From positions 124,001 through 188,000 of IMG/VR virus record IMGVR_UViG_3300027844_001828: a stretch of DNA of 64,000 nucleotides; one strand, 5' to 3'. The position numbers and the translations under genes were made by a program. Under the pieces are notes generated by a model. That model saw only the letters and a list, made by a program, of their open reading frames with translations, did not search any database and was not told the origin of the DNA. The number at the start of each line of letters is the position of its first letter. The stretch's first letter is position 1. This document shows positions 1 to 10,139 of this stretch, piece after piece.

Positions 1-1
1 A

Positions 2-109
2 CATCCTAACGTAGTCAAGTATGATGGCACGACTGAAAGCTATGCTATAGTAAAAAACGCCATTCAAACCGCGTATGCACGAGGCCACAAGGAACCGTTG
101 GTTTTGTAA
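2..109 (+). CDS. 3' end of a gene starting upstream of the window (product unknown)
   Basis: Open frame HPNVVKYDG...KEPLVL* from window edge to TAA at 107-109. Confidence 0.45.
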   Translation, partial: HPNVVKYDGTTESYAIVKNAIQTAYARGHKEPLVL

Positions 110-125
110 AATTCCATGGATGGAC

Positions 126-153
126 TTGAAATTCGAGTTTGATGTGATATGTT
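126..153 (+). promoter_or_regulatory. sigma70-like promoter (TTGAAA-N16-TATGTT)
   Basis: Read directly upstream of the Thg1 gene; member of the 16-bp-spacer promoter family. Confidence 0.55.
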
Positions 154-190
154 ACCCGATAATATCACTTAAATTTTATGGAGTAATGCA

Positions 191-1000
191 ATGAAAAACG
201 ATGCGGATGGAGACCGTATGAAAGGCTATGAAATGGAAGAGGCTGGGCGTAGGCTCATGCCTCTTCTTCCCGTCATGGTCAGGATTGATGGTAAGTGCTT
301 TTCCAAATTCACTAATGGTCTCAAAAGACCATATGACGTCCGAATGTCTCTCCTTATGGAATATACCATGAGGAACTTGGTTAAGGAATACAATGCGCTT
401 ATTGGGTATACCCAGTCTGACGAAATCTCACTTATCCTTTATAGTGATAATGTGAAGAGTCAGATCCCATATGATGGTAGAATCCAAAAACTCGTTGGAG
501 ATATGGCTTCATTCGCCAGTCTTACGTTTAACGAACATCTTGTCGAATACATCCCCGAAAAGACAGACAGCCGCCCCAGGTTTGATTGCAGAGTGTGGAA
601 TGTTCCTAACATGATGGAAGCAGCGAACACTATTCTTTGGCGCGAACAAGATGCGACCAAGAATAGCAAGTCAATGGCCGCGAGAGCGTATTATTCTCAC
701 AGGGACCTTGAAAACAAGAGTGGTCCTGAAATGATGGACATGCTTATAAATAAGGGTGTCAATTGGAATGATTATCCGACCTTCTTCAAAAGAGGCGTCT
801 TTGTTCGTCGCGAGATCTCTTCAACTTTGTTTACTGCTGAAGAAATTGAGGGTCTTCCTGAGAAGCATGAGGCAAGGATGAATCCGCACTTGCATATTGA
901 GAGGGCGTCTATTGAAACTCTTGACATGCCCCCGTTTTCAAAGGTCATCAATCGTGTTGGTGTTATTTTCAACGGTGAGACTCCAGATGTAGAAGGCTGA
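191..1000 (+). CDS. tRNA(His) guanylyltransferase Thg1-like protein
   Basis: RIDGKCFSKFT, YTQSDEISL, FDCRVWNVP, WREQDATKNS motifs typical of Thg1/TLP family. Confidence 0.92.
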   Translation: MKNDADGDRMKGYEMEEAGRRLMPLLPVMVRIDGKCFSKFTNGLKRPYDVRMSLLMEYTMRNLVKEYNALIGYTQSDEISLILYSDNVKSQIPYDGRIQKLVGDMASFASLTFNEHLVEYIPEKTDSRPRFDCRVWNVPNMMEAANTILWREQDATKNSKSMAARAYYSHRDLENKSGPEMMDMLINKGVNWNDYPTFFKRGVFVRREISSTLFTAEEIEGLPEKHEARMNPHLHIERASIETLDMPPFSKVINRVGVIFNGETPDVEG

Positions 1001-1003
1001 TTA

Positions 1004-1180
1004 ATGAATAAAGAAATTGAAGAAATAATAGACAGCGCGAACATAATAAGATCAAACTCTTTTATAGTCAGAGAGTATCTTGATGATGGTATTTTTATTG
1101 TATGCGCAAAGTGCGAGAAAGAATTCGCCAATGACGACGGATTAAAATGTTGTGATAAGTGTGGTCACATCAACGACTAA
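1004..1180 (+). CDS. small zinc-ribbon protein (58 aa; not in ORF track)
   Basis: ATG 1004 to TAA 1180, C-terminal CAKC...CDKC pairs; fills the gap between two genes. Confidence 0.6.
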   Translation: MNKEIEEIIDSANIIRSNSFIVREYLDDGIFIVCAKCEKEFANDDGLKCCDKCGHIND

Positions 1181-1192
1181 CGGGAGATGTAG

Positions 1193-2269
1193 ATGGGAGA
1201 CATAAAGACTTCATTATCTTACAATGATGTATTGATGGTGCCAAGGTATTCAGATATGAGCACGAGTGATGGTGATTTGTGTTATCATTATAAGAATGAC
1301 TTGTCTGGGACACCGTTAATCAATGCGCCTATGGATAGAGTGTGTTCCCCTGAATTGATCCATCATCTTTCAGAAACAAATTGGTTCACCTCAATCCACA
1401 GATTTTTTGATAGTGCGTCAAGTCAGTTTAATTTTTTTATTGATTGTAAGGTTAATAAAGACAAATCCCTTTGCTTCTTATCTGTCGGAAACATTTTTAA
1501 GTGGAAGGATTGGATAAACGAGTTGATTGTAGAGTATAAGTACAAGGCGAGTGTGAAAAGGCAATTTGGATTCTTAGTTGACATGGCGAATGGTGATACA
1601 AACGCTTGTGTTGAGACTGTCAAGTACATAAGGGAGCATTGTCCGTTTGCTATTATCATGGCTGGCAATGTTGCCACCAGAAGTGGTTATCGGCATTTGG
1701 CTGAAGCCGGGGCGAATTTTATTCGTGTTGGGATTGGGGGCGGATCGATCTGTTCAACAAGATTAAACACTGGATTTGGCGTCCCCACTTTTGAATCAGT
1801 AATGCGTTGTGCAGATGTGAAGATACCTGGAGCTTACATTGTTGCTGATGGTGGAATTGAAAACACTGGTGATATAATGAAGGTTATGGCTGCTGGTGCG
1901 GACATGGTGATGATGGGCAAGATGCTCGCTTCGACTGATATGGCACCGGGCGAAAAATATGATGAGAATTTGAATGTTACGACAAATGAGGAAGAATACA
2001 AATTTATTGAATATAGGGGGATGGCATCTAAGGGTGCTCAATCTGTATTGTCAAATAAATTAAGATCAGTAGAGGGCGTTTCCGGTGCAGTGAAGTATAC
2101 AGGGAAAACAGAAGAGGTTTGCGCACAAATTGAAGCCAACATGAGAACTGCAATGACATATTATGGTGGAGCCAAAAACTGGAATGAATTTTCTCGTAGC
2201 GCCAAGTTTATTCAATTGACAAGTCAGGGCTGGATAGAATCCGGTACAAGAGTGGAGAATCCCCAATGA
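1193..2269 (+). CDS. GMP reductase / IMP dehydrogenase family protein (no CBS domain)
   Basis: LSYNDVLMVP, VDMANG, AGNVAT, catalytic loop GIGGGSICSTR, IVADGGI, YRGMAS; flap lacks the Arg-Tyr dyad of IMPDH so GMP reductase is favoured. Confidence 0.85.
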   Translation: MGDIKTSLSYNDVLMVPRYSDMSTSDGDLCYHYKNDLSGTPLINAPMDRVCSPELIHHLSETNWFTSIHRFFDSASSQFNFFIDCKVNKDKSLCFLSVGNIFKWKDWINELIVEYKYKASVKRQFGFLVDMANGDTNACVETVKYIREHCPFAIIMAGNVATRSGYRHLAEAGANFIRVGIGGGSICSTRLNTGFGVPTFESVMRCADVKIPGAYIVADGGIENTGDIMKVMAAGADMVMMGKMLASTDMAPGEKYDENLNVTTNEEEYKFIEYRGMASKGAQSVLSNKLRSVEGVSGAVKYTGKTEEVCAQIEANMRTAMTYYGGAKNWNEFSRSAKFIQLTSQGWIESGTRVENPQ

Positions 2270-2712
2270 GAAAAATAAAGAAAGTAACGTGGGCAGAGTG
2301 TGAGCAGTGGATAAATACGGCTACTGATTACTGGAATGACGAAATCATAGTCAATGAATTGGTAATAAATAATATCTATGGGATACCAAGAGGGGGGATA
2401 ATTTTTGCCACAATGCTTTCACACCAACTTGATATACCTCTTATTGCAAACAAAGAAGACATTGGAGAGTCCACTTTGATTGTAGATGACATTGCGGACT
2501 CCGGTAGCACATTTCATGATTTCATTATACCATTGAATAGAATTCAAGGCAGACACTTCCGTTTAACATCGGCAATAGTTGTAAATCAATCATCCACTTT
2601 TTTACCTCAACAATTTTCCTTTATGAATCATTGGAATGACTGGATTGAGTTCCCTTATGAAACATCGGCGTATGATCACGTTAGCAAGGTAACGGCGACA
2701 GCCCAGGCTTAA
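2266..2712 (+). CDS. type I phosphoribosyltransferase (purine salvage-like)
   Basis: GIPRGG and PRPP-binding LIVDDIADSGST; C-terminal WIEFPYE. Confidence 0.85.
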   Translation: MRKIKKVTWAECEQWINTATDYWNDEIIVNELVINNIYGIPRGGIIFATMLSHQLDIPLIANKEDIGESTLIVDDIADSGSTFHDFIIPLNRIQGRHFRLTSAIVVNQSSTFLPQQFSFMNHWNDWIEFPYETSAYDHVSKVTATAQA

Positions 2713-2760
2713 TTTATACGACAATTGAATCAAACTGTCAGATAAACAACGAGAAAGAAC

Positions 2761-3369
2761 ATGGCCGATCTTAATAAAGTAAAACAACTCCGTCAAGAAA
2801 CTGGAGTTGGGATTGTTGCCTGCAAAGAGGCATTAGAAAAAGCTCACGACGATCTTAATGAAGCGAAGATTGTTCTTCGTAAGGGTAGTGGTGAGGTCGC
2901 TGAAAACTTATCTAACAGGAATGCAACTGAGGGTATTATTGTCACATACACTCACCACAACTCAAAGGTGGGATCAATTGTTGAAATTCACTGTGAAACG
3001 GATTTTGGCGCGGCTACGCTCAAAGACTTTGGTCATGAGGTCGCCATGCAAGTCGCCGCCTCAAACCCTGAGTTTATAAGTTTCGAAGATGTTTCAGAGG
3101 AAAGGATTGCTCAAGAAAGAGCGTATTTCATTTCTCAGTCCATAAATAGCATTTGTCCGCCAGAGCTTGAGTACGATGGTGAAAGTGACGAGATTGTTAA
3201 TAAAATGGTTGTCGGTAAGTTTAAAAAGTTCAGATTAGAACACTGTCTTCTTAATCAAAGAACAATCAAGGACTCCGGTGTTTCCGTAAGAGATCTTCTC
3301 AATGACCAAGTGCAACGGCTTGGGGAAAAGATCGAAATCGCTAAGTTTGCGAGGTTTCAGATCTCATAA
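2761..3369 (+). CDS. tsf: translation elongation factor Ts (short form)
   Basis: VKQLRQETGVGIVACKEAL, NATEG, VEIHCETDF, AMQVAA.NP, LGEKIEIAKFARFQI. Confidence 0.93.
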   Translation: MADLNKVKQLRQETGVGIVACKEALEKAHDDLNEAKIVLRKGSGEVAENLSNRNATEGIIVTYTHHNSKVGSIVEIHCETDFGAATLKDFGHEVAMQVAASNPEFISFEDVSEERIAQERAYFISQSINSICPPELEYDGESDEIVNKMVVGKFKKFRLEHCLLNQRTIKDSGVSVRDLLNDQVQRLGEKIEIAKFARFQIS

Positions 3370-3401
3370 GTAGGTAGATAATAAAATTAACGAATGAAAA
3401 G

Positions 3402-3429
3402 GGCGTCCTGGAAACGGGGCGTCATTTTT
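3402..3429 (+). terminator. intrinsic terminator after tsf
   Basis: GGCGTCCTG-GAAA-CGGGGCGTC hairpin (G-U pairs) followed by ATTTTT. Confidence 0.7.
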
Positions 3430-3490
3430 GTGTCTATATAGGGAATCGGGATATTATTGTAGAATAAAATACAAACACATTGAGGTTAAT

Positions 3491-4183
3491 ATGGACACCA
3501 TTTCAAAAAACACATCTGATTTCTCAATCTTTGAGCGCATTGCTGATATTCAAAGGGCGAAGAATCTATTGGATTTACTGCCGTCTGATGTGAAGATGAT
3601 CAAGACAGCATCCTCTGGAGAGTCAGATTCAAATGAGATTGTGAAGGCTGTTATTGAAGCTTTTTCATCCATGGGGATAAAAGCCAATGTTGATATTGGA
3701 GAATTGATGAAAAAGATATCTGGGAATCCGATAAAGAAAGAGGCTATGAAGAAAGACGATAGTGAAGTACAATCTATAAAAATAGCCTCGAAGAAGATCG
3801 AAGACTCACATTATGATATTGATATAGCCAAAGATAGAATTACACGTGATGGTAAGAAGGTCATAATGGTAAGCGCCTATCTTAAAGAAGCCTACCTTGG
3901 AAGATATTTAATAAAAAGAAATTATTACTTCCTGGACGACAATGAAGATGATGCCAATTATGTTTACAATGATCTTGTTGCCAAGTCCAATAGGACTAAA
4001 GGCAGGTATTATAAGGAGATAATAGGCGTGAAGGGTATTTTTCCTGAGGTTAAAGCCTTTTTAGATGGTGTTAAAGGCGATTTGGAGCTTGATGCTACGA
4101 GTATTGGCACCACAGTCGTTAGAGAGGACACAAGGGGCCATGAGGTCAATGGTTCTCCATATGCGGCAGCGGCTCATAAATAA
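3491..4183 (+). CDS. hypothetical protein
   Basis: Long ORF; ATG 3491 preceded by GAGG preferred over the upstream start at 3428. Confidence 0.75.
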   Translation: MDTISKNTSDFSIFERIADIQRAKNLLDLLPSDVKMIKTASSGESDSNEIVKAVIEAFSSMGIKANVDIGELMKKISGNPIKKEAMKKDDSEVQSIKIASKKIEDSHYDIDIAKDRITRDGKKVIMVSAYLKEAYLGRYLIKRNYYFLDDNEDDANYVYNDLVAKSNRTKGRYYKEIIGVKGIFPEVKAFLDGVKGDLELDATSIGTTVVREDTRGHEVNGSPYAAAAHK

Positions 4184-4195
4184 GGAGATCGCTCG

Positions 4196-4681
4196 ATGAT
4201 TTTACGATGTCTTCTTTCCCAAGGCGTTCTTGATATAAGCAGTCAGGAAACATATCAGGGGAATTTTCCAGAGACGATACCTTTCAGGATAAGTATGACT
4301 CCCGGACAAACAATTGAGGTCCAGGATGAATATAGAAACCTCGCTAACATCAAAAGCGCAATCTCCGCTGGGCTACTGGAAGTTGTCAGTTATGATAGTT
4401 CAGACGGTAGCGTCACTGTTAATGCTGAAGATGATGGACTCAGCACATTGAAATTTAATGCGGTCTCGGTTGAGTCTCCAGATGGGGTGAATAAAACTTT
4501 TACTCTTCCAGGGAGCGAAGTATACGTCACTACTCAGATCAGGCCGTTTATAAATGGTCAAGCATTGAGCCCTGACGACTTTACAGAAGACGTTGGCAGA
4601 ACGTCTATTACACTTTCAGTGGATGTTCCAGCGCCAATCTCTGGAGACAAGATTACCTTCCAATATGTGGAAGAATCTTAA
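4196..4681 (+). CDS. putative virion structural protein
   Basis: AAGGAG RBS; beta-rich C-terminal domain (FTLP..Y......FINGQ.L...DFTE); heads the structural cluster. Confidence 0.55.
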   Translation: MILRCLLSQGVLDISSQETYQGNFPETIPFRISMTPGQTIEVQDEYRNLANIKSAISAGLLEVVSYDSSDGSVTVNAEDDGLSTLKFNAVSVESPDGVNKTFTLPGSEVYVTTQIRPFINGQALSPDDFTEDVGRTSITLSVDVPAPISGDKITFQYVEES

Positions 4682-4759
4682 CGCTATAAATAAAGGTTAG
4701 TTAATCTTTGGAATTGTATATATCACCAAGGGTTTTGAACATTATAATGGAGTCTAAAG

Positions 4760-6361
4760 GTGGCTAGAACATTCCTGAGACAATCGTCACAAATAAGAAC
4801 ATCAGATACTTATGACGATACCTTAACGGTTACAGATGCAGAGTCATCTGCTATAAGCCTTGAGGGTGATCTCAATTACATAAGAAGTCAGATGCTTATT
4901 TTAAGTGGAAGGACCAATTGGTACGACGCTTTAGAAGACGGGTTTGACTTGCAATCATTGCATGATAAGGCGTTGACGTATTGGGTTGGGACAACCACAG
5001 ATATAACCGTACCGTCAAGTCAGAACTATGTAATTCTTGGAACCGGTAAGCCTTCTGACAACATCGCCATCGCCACAACAGCGTTTGGGTCCATCGTAGC
5101 CCAACTATCAGGCGCTATTGGATCTCATGCTACTGATGCCGCCGCAAATAATGGCAACCTGTGTTTGATTAGAGATTCTGCGACAAACAAGCCATTAGAA
5201 GATTCTGGAGAAAATCAAATATATGGTTTGATTCAAGTTGGCAGTGGGGCGACGGATGGAAATTCATTTTCTGATTCTGGTGATGATAGGGGTCAGATAT
5301 CATTCGTTTATATAGATCCTTCAACGGAAGTTATAACTGCGGTTGCGGTTGCGGATATTGAAAACTTAACGATTGAATATGCCTATAGAAAAAGATCTGG
5401 TTTTTATGACCTTCCAGAAATCGTTGTAGAACCATCTGTAGATTTCTTTACGGGGTCAACTGGTGGTGTCGGTGGTGTCGCAGATCACGGTGCGCTAACT
5501 GGGCTCTCAGATGATGACCATAGTATTTACCCACTTCTTGCTGGCAGGTCAGGTGGTCAAACTTTGATTGGTGGTGATGCTTCGAGTAATAATTTTACTG
5601 TTAGATCTACATCTCATGCCACAAAAGGAAATGTCATTATTGAAGGGCCGCACTTCACGGATGAAGATGACGCTACAAAGATAGTCGATTTTGAAATTTC
5701 TGGTGTGACTACAGCAACTACAAGAACATTGACAATGGCTGATAGAGATCTCGATCTATCCACTCCAGTTTTTGATCAAATGACTGTTGGTACAGCAAAC
5801 AATGTTGATATTACCACAGCGGGAATTGATTATACGGGAACGGCTCGACCTCAGAAACCTTTAAGGCTAACAGCAGCTGGAGGATGGGGGTCAGTTACAG
5901 ATGGTGCGGCGGGGCCATCGGAAATTGAATTTGTAACAAATGGGGTAAATCTATATGTTTTAGATTTTGATCAGACCACTATGGAATATGCTGAATGGAC
6001 AGTCCCGTCTCCAGAGAATTGGGATGGTGGGACAATGGTCGCTAAGTTCATTTGGCTTGCCGATACGGCTTCAACAAGTAGTGTTGCATGGCGGTTTCAG
6101 GGAAGATCATTTGGAGATGGGGAAGCAATTGATCAAGCGTGGGGGACCGTACAAATCGTTGCTGATGCGAATAATGGTCAAAACCAATGGAACACGAGTT
6201 TGGAAACTTCTGCTATTACACTCGCTGGCACACCTGAAGCTGGGGAGATCCTTCAATTTAGAGTATCAAGAGACCCTTTGCATGTCGCTGATCTCTTGGC
6301 AGCAGATGCGAGGTTGATAGCGGTTTCGATAAAATACACCGTTACTAAAGAGTATCTATAA
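4760..6361 (+). CDS. putative tail/virion structural protein
   Basis: 533 aa, GTG start, Gly/Thr/Asp-rich beta-type composition, translationally coupled to the beta-helix gene. Confidence 0.6.
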   Translation: MARTFLRQSSQIRTSDTYDDTLTVTDAESSAISLEGDLNYIRSQMLILSGRTNWYDALEDGFDLQSLHDKALTYWVGTTTDITVPSSQNYVILGTGKPSDNIAIATTAFGSIVAQLSGAIGSHATDAAANNGNLCLIRDSATNKPLEDSGENQIYGLIQVGSGATDGNSFSDSGDDRGQISFVYIDPSTEVITAVAVADIENLTIEYAYRKRSGFYDLPEIVVEPSVDFFTGSTGGVGGVADHGALTGLSDDDHSIYPLLAGRSGGQTLIGGDASSNNFTVRSTSHATKGNVIIEGPHFTDEDDATKIVDFEISGVTTATTRTLTMADRDLDLSTPVFDQMTVGTANNVDITTAGIDYTGTARPQKPLRLTAAGGWGSVTDGAAGPSEIEFVTNGVNLYVLDFDQTTMEYAEWTVPSPENWDGGTMVAKFIWLADTASTSSVAWRFQGRSFGDGEAIDQAWGTVQIVADANNGQNQWNTSLETSAITLAGTPEAGEILQFRVSRDPLHVADLLAADARLIAVSIKYTVTKEYL

Positions 6362-7413
6362 TGCCCACAATTAAAACGATAAAACCAGGTGGTGGTGGTG
6401 ATTATACTTTACTCCAAACCTGGGAAGATTTTGCTGATGGTGAGGCGACAGCAGACCAGTGGGCGGAATGCTATGATGGCGGCGATCTTGGCGAGGTTGT
6501 TATATCAGGATGGTCATCAACACCAACAGCAGTTATCTACCCAAGAATTTACACTCCATTAGCAGAGAGACATAATGCCAGAGACGATGGCACAGGAGCT
6601 TTCATATCATCCACTACAGGAAATTCAATTGTTAATTATGTTAATTATGTTCAAATAGATGGTATAAGAATGGAATCAACATCTACAGCAAACTCGATAA
6701 TTTCTATGGTCACGTCGGATGGTGTTATAGTAGAAAACAATTTGTTAATTCAGAAGTCATATGCAAATACTGCCAATGCAATTTACATTGTAGATTCTAA
6801 TCCCGTTAGCAAAACATGTGATATTCAAAACAATATAGTTTTTGGAAATGGATTATTAGCTACCGGAATCCTTATATTGGGGATTGCTACAACAAACCCC
6901 GTTGAAACCGATAGCAATATTTTCAACAATACTATAATTGATGTTACTTCTTATGGGATAACTGGAACAAAAACTGAGACTTCAGACACAGTTACATTAA
7001 ATGTCGTTCTTAGAAATAATATTTGTGGAGAAGGCGGGTTGTTAGATATAAATTGGACGAACTTTGACTCGATTGTTAGCACAAACAATATAACCTCCGA
7101 TGGGACCTCTGATGACAATGGCGGTGAAGGTAATCTTGTGAACAAGCCAGGATCAAGCCAATTAATAAATAGAAACACACATGCCAGGTTATTATCTTCT
7201 GGCGAAGCGAGGGATGGCGGTGTGGCTCTTGGCAGTTTCAGCACTGATGCTTTGGGGACAACGAGAGTGGCCGGTGGAAACGTGGGCACTCCAGTTGGTT
7301 TACTGTTGTCATTAACCTTTTCGGGAACATGGGATGCCGGATCTGTTGTGCAAGAATCATTCGTGTTACCAAGAGGTCCAGGTATCTCATCTGACCCTAT
7401 TCTAATATTTTAG
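6361..7413 (+). CDS. single-module right-handed beta-helix (pectin-lyase-like) protein, putative receptor-binding/tailspike
   Basis: N-terminal TIKPGGGGDYTLLQTWE...QWAECYDGGDLG motif, repeated IENN/IQNNI/FNNTI rungs, WDAG end; paralogous to modules of 10140..14228. Confidence 0.7.
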   Translation: MPTIKTIKPGGGGDYTLLQTWEDFADGEATADQWAECYDGGDLGEVVISGWSSTPTAVIYPRIYTPLAERHNARDDGTGAFISSTTGNSIVNYVNYVQIDGIRMESTSTANSIISMVTSDGVIVENNLLIQKSYANTANAIYIVDSNPVSKTCDIQNNIVFGNGLLATGILILGIATTNPVETDSNIFNNTIIDVTSYGITGTKTETSDTVTLNVVLRNNICGEGGLLDINWTNFDSIVSTNNITSDGTSDDNGGEGNLVNKPGSSQLINRNTHARLLSSGEARDGGVALGSFSTDALGTTRVAGGNVGTPVGLLLSLTFSGTWDAGSVVQESFVLPRGPGISSDPILIF

Positions 7414-7481
7414 GGTATCATAGTATGAAGGTTTAAGCGGCGATATTTGGGTATTAATTTAAGACCGCAGGAGGAATAAGA

Positions 7482-8369
7482 ATGTTAGAAATGGCAGTTA
7501 GTTTACAGAGATCTGGAGATCTTGGAGATATAGGGAGCAAGGGGGAAACTGATTTGAAAAAAATTGGTGATGTTCTTGTTATGAAGAAGTCTCCTGCGAT
7601 TTGGTCTGAAATGGAAAGGAAATTCTTTTTAATAACTGTATTGAATGATCCGGTTTTAGAAATGGAAATGGGGTCGAGGGAAGTTTGGTCATTGCCATTT
7701 ATTAGACAAACACATACCATAATTGATGGTGAGGAAGATTTTAAGATAGAAGCAATATCCTCTTTTAGAGTGGATATCAATCTATTTACTGGGACGACAG
7801 GTCTGGACCCGTCAATTGCTGTTGCGGAACCAACCACTCCAAGTACAGGCCCAGAGTTATTATTGACAGATCTTGTGGAGGATGATATTGATCCAAATGA
7901 TAACGCGACAATACTCTTAGACTGCACTGGTAAAAAGTCTGAATTAAGCTGCCAGCTGTTACCTTCTTTGGATGTGGTTTCCAGAGCGGTTTTTAAGAAG
8001 GGGAATAAGGTTTGGAATCATGGTCATGAAATCCCCTCTGATTATGGAGTCATTTATGATGATATTAGCTTGGATGAGTTTGGTCCTGGAATATTAGATT
8101 TTCCAGGTGCATTAGAGATTGTTCAAGCAGGCCTTGGGTGGGCAAAGGGGAAGAATGTAAAACATGTTATTTTGGGAATCGTACAAGATATTCCTGGAGT
8201 TATGACAAGTATGTTAAAGTATGGTTTGAGGCCACACAGGCCATTATTGGGAAAGACGACACAAGAGGTCCTTGATTTGGTTGATGCGAACTCAATAGAG
8301 TATGACGATATCCAAATTGACGTAGGCGGAACTATCATAAATCACAGTCTGGTCAGGAGAAACATATAA
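7482..8369 (+). CDS. hypothetical protein; N-terminal ~140 aa paralogous to 9644..10072
   Basis: Shared KKxGD, PAxW, FFLITxLxDPVLExE, GLDPS motifs; extra ~150-aa C-terminal domain. Confidence 0.75.
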   Translation: MLEMAVSLQRSGDLGDIGSKGETDLKKIGDVLVMKKSPAIWSEMERKFFLITVLNDPVLEMEMGSREVWSLPFIRQTHTIIDGEEDFKIEAISSFRVDINLFTGTTGLDPSIAVAEPTTPSTGPELLLTDLVEDDIDPNDNATILLDCTGKKSELSCQLLPSLDVVSRAVFKKGNKVWNHGHEIPSDYGVIYDDISLDEFGPGILDFPGALEIVQAGLGWAKGKNVKHVILGIVQDIPGVMTSMLKYGLRPHRPLLGKTTQEVLDLVDANSIEYDDIQIDVGGTIINHSLVRRNI

Positions 8370-9622
8370 TGGCTGATTCAAACGTAGACATAACTGCGGG
8401 GTCTGGTATAAGTATAGATACCAGGACAGAAGCATCAAACGGTAATCATAGACAAGTAGTGTGTTTGGGAGATCCATCCACAAACGCTGGCGTGTGTCCA
8501 ATTGATGCGACTAATGGCGTAGCTGTAGACGTTAAAGTATTGCCAGCGTCAACAAATACTATTGAGGTTGTCGGTGACGCTGCTGAAAATGCCGCCGCTG
8601 CTGGAAATCCACTCTTATCTGGCGGAAGGTATGATTCGAGTCCAAGAACATTGGGTGATGGCGACGTTGGAGCTATTGCACTGGATGCTGATGGTGCTAT
8701 TCATATATCTGATGGTGGAAACTCTATTACAATAGACAATTCTGACATCACAACGATTGCCGGAGCCGTTTCTGGATCAGAAATGCAAGTGGATATCGTA
8801 GCTTCTTTACCCGCCGGAACAAATGCTATTGGAAAACTTTCTGCGAACTCAGGCGTTGATATTGGTGATGTTGATATTCTTAGTGTTCCTGCACCATTAA
8901 ATGTCGTAGGCTCAGGAACGGAAGCTGCCGCCCTAAGAGTTACAATGGCATCTGACTCAACTGGAGTTTTAAGTATTGACGATAACGGAGGTTCTATTAC
9001 AATAGATGGCACCGTAACCGCAAACCTTTCAGCTACTGACAATGCGGTTCTTGATAACATTGATACTAATGTTAGCACAATAGCAGGAGCCGTTTCAGGC
9101 ACTGAAATGCAAGTCGATGTTATAACAATCCCCGGACTTTCCGGTGACGTGGCTCATGACAGTGCAGACAGTGGAAATCCACTCAAGATTGGTGGTAAAG
9201 CTAAAAATCACGATGGAACAGCGCCAGGAACGGCGGTGGCTGAAGATGATCGAGTTGATTTTATAGCTGATGTATATGGTAGACAATTTGTTGAATCCTC
9301 ACATCCTAATAATTGGAGTATTGTTGACGATCAAAGTTCTGCTCAAACAAATACCGTATTAGTAGCCGCTCCAGGAGCAGGTCTTAGTTTATACATAACA
9401 GATATAATAGTGTCTAATGATTCTACTGCTGGGACAATCAAATTAGTAGAAAATACGGGAACTCCAGTTAGTGTAACAGGAGTCGTTTACATGGCTGGAA
9501 ATGGCGGATTTGTAACCAACTTAAAAACACCGATCAAACTAACCGCAAACACTAATTTAGGGTATACATCAGTGACTGTCGTCAATCACAGCGTTACAGT
9601 CACTGGATATATAGCCCCATAA
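8369..9622 (+). CDS. putative virion structural protein with internal repeats
   Basis: Repeats IxDGGNSITID/IDDNGGSITID and TIAGAVSGxEMQVD; VGDAAENAAAAGNPL / SGDVAHDSADSGNPL; in structural cluster. Confidence 0.65.
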   Translation: MADSNVDITAGSGISIDTRTEASNGNHRQVVCLGDPSTNAGVCPIDATNGVAVDVKVLPASTNTIEVVGDAAENAAAAGNPLLSGGRYDSSPRTLGDGDVGAIALDADGAIHISDGGNSITIDNSDITTIAGAVSGSEMQVDIVASLPAGTNAIGKLSANSGVDIGDVDILSVPAPLNVVGSGTEAAALRVTMASDSTGVLSIDDNGGSITIDGTVTANLSATDNAVLDNIDTNVSTIAGAVSGTEMQVDVITIPGLSGDVAHDSADSGNPLKIGGKAKNHDGTAPGTAVAEDDRVDFIADVYGRQFVESSHPNNWSIVDDQSSAQTNTVLVAAPGAGLSLYITDIIVSNDSTAGTIKLVENTGTPVSVTGVVYMAGNGGFVTNLKTPIKLTANTNLGYTSVTVVNHSVTVTGYIAP

Positions 9623-9643
9623 ATCAAATAGGAGATAATAATC

Positions 9644-10072
9644 ATGTTAGAAATATGCGCTTCATTAAGAAGATCACAAGGCGTTGGGGCCATTGCCGCC
9701 GCCGATAAAATAGAGAAAAAAGTAGGCGATATAATAGCCGTAAAAACTCAACCGGCAGTATGGGGTAGGGATGAAAAGAGATTTTTTCTTATCACGCTTT
9801 TAGACGATCCGGTCTTAGAGGCTGAGTTGACAAAGAGTGTTGTAAGTTACCCATATTGCATTTGCACAGAAGAAGATGATGGAAATGGGATGAGTAAAAT
9901 GAAAATGATTAATAGATCAAAATATAAAATAGATCTTGACATGTTCATTGGGTCTCCAGGATTAGACCCGTCCAATATGTCAGAGCCGGTCCCGCCAACA
10001 GGTGGATCTATTAACCCAACACACCTCGTGATTGCGGATCTAATTTTAGACGAAACAGATAGAACAGCTTAA
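9644..10072 (+). CDS. hypothetical protein (paralog of N-terminus of 7482..8369), possible tail-fibre accessory factor
   Basis: AGGAGA RBS; paralogy seen by eye; directly precedes the 4-module beta-helix gene. Confidence 0.7.
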   Translation: MLEICASLRRSQGVGAIAAADKIEKKVGDIIAVKTQPAVWGRDEKRFFLITLLDDPVLEAELTKSVVSYPYCICTEEDDGNGMSKMKMINRSKYKIDLDMFIGSPGLDPSNMSEPVPPTGGSINPTHLVIADLILDETDRTA

Positions 10073-10139
10073 CAATAATCACACTGAAAATACAACATAG
10101 AGAATTGGAGACATGATTATGAGATAGTAGAGAATACTT

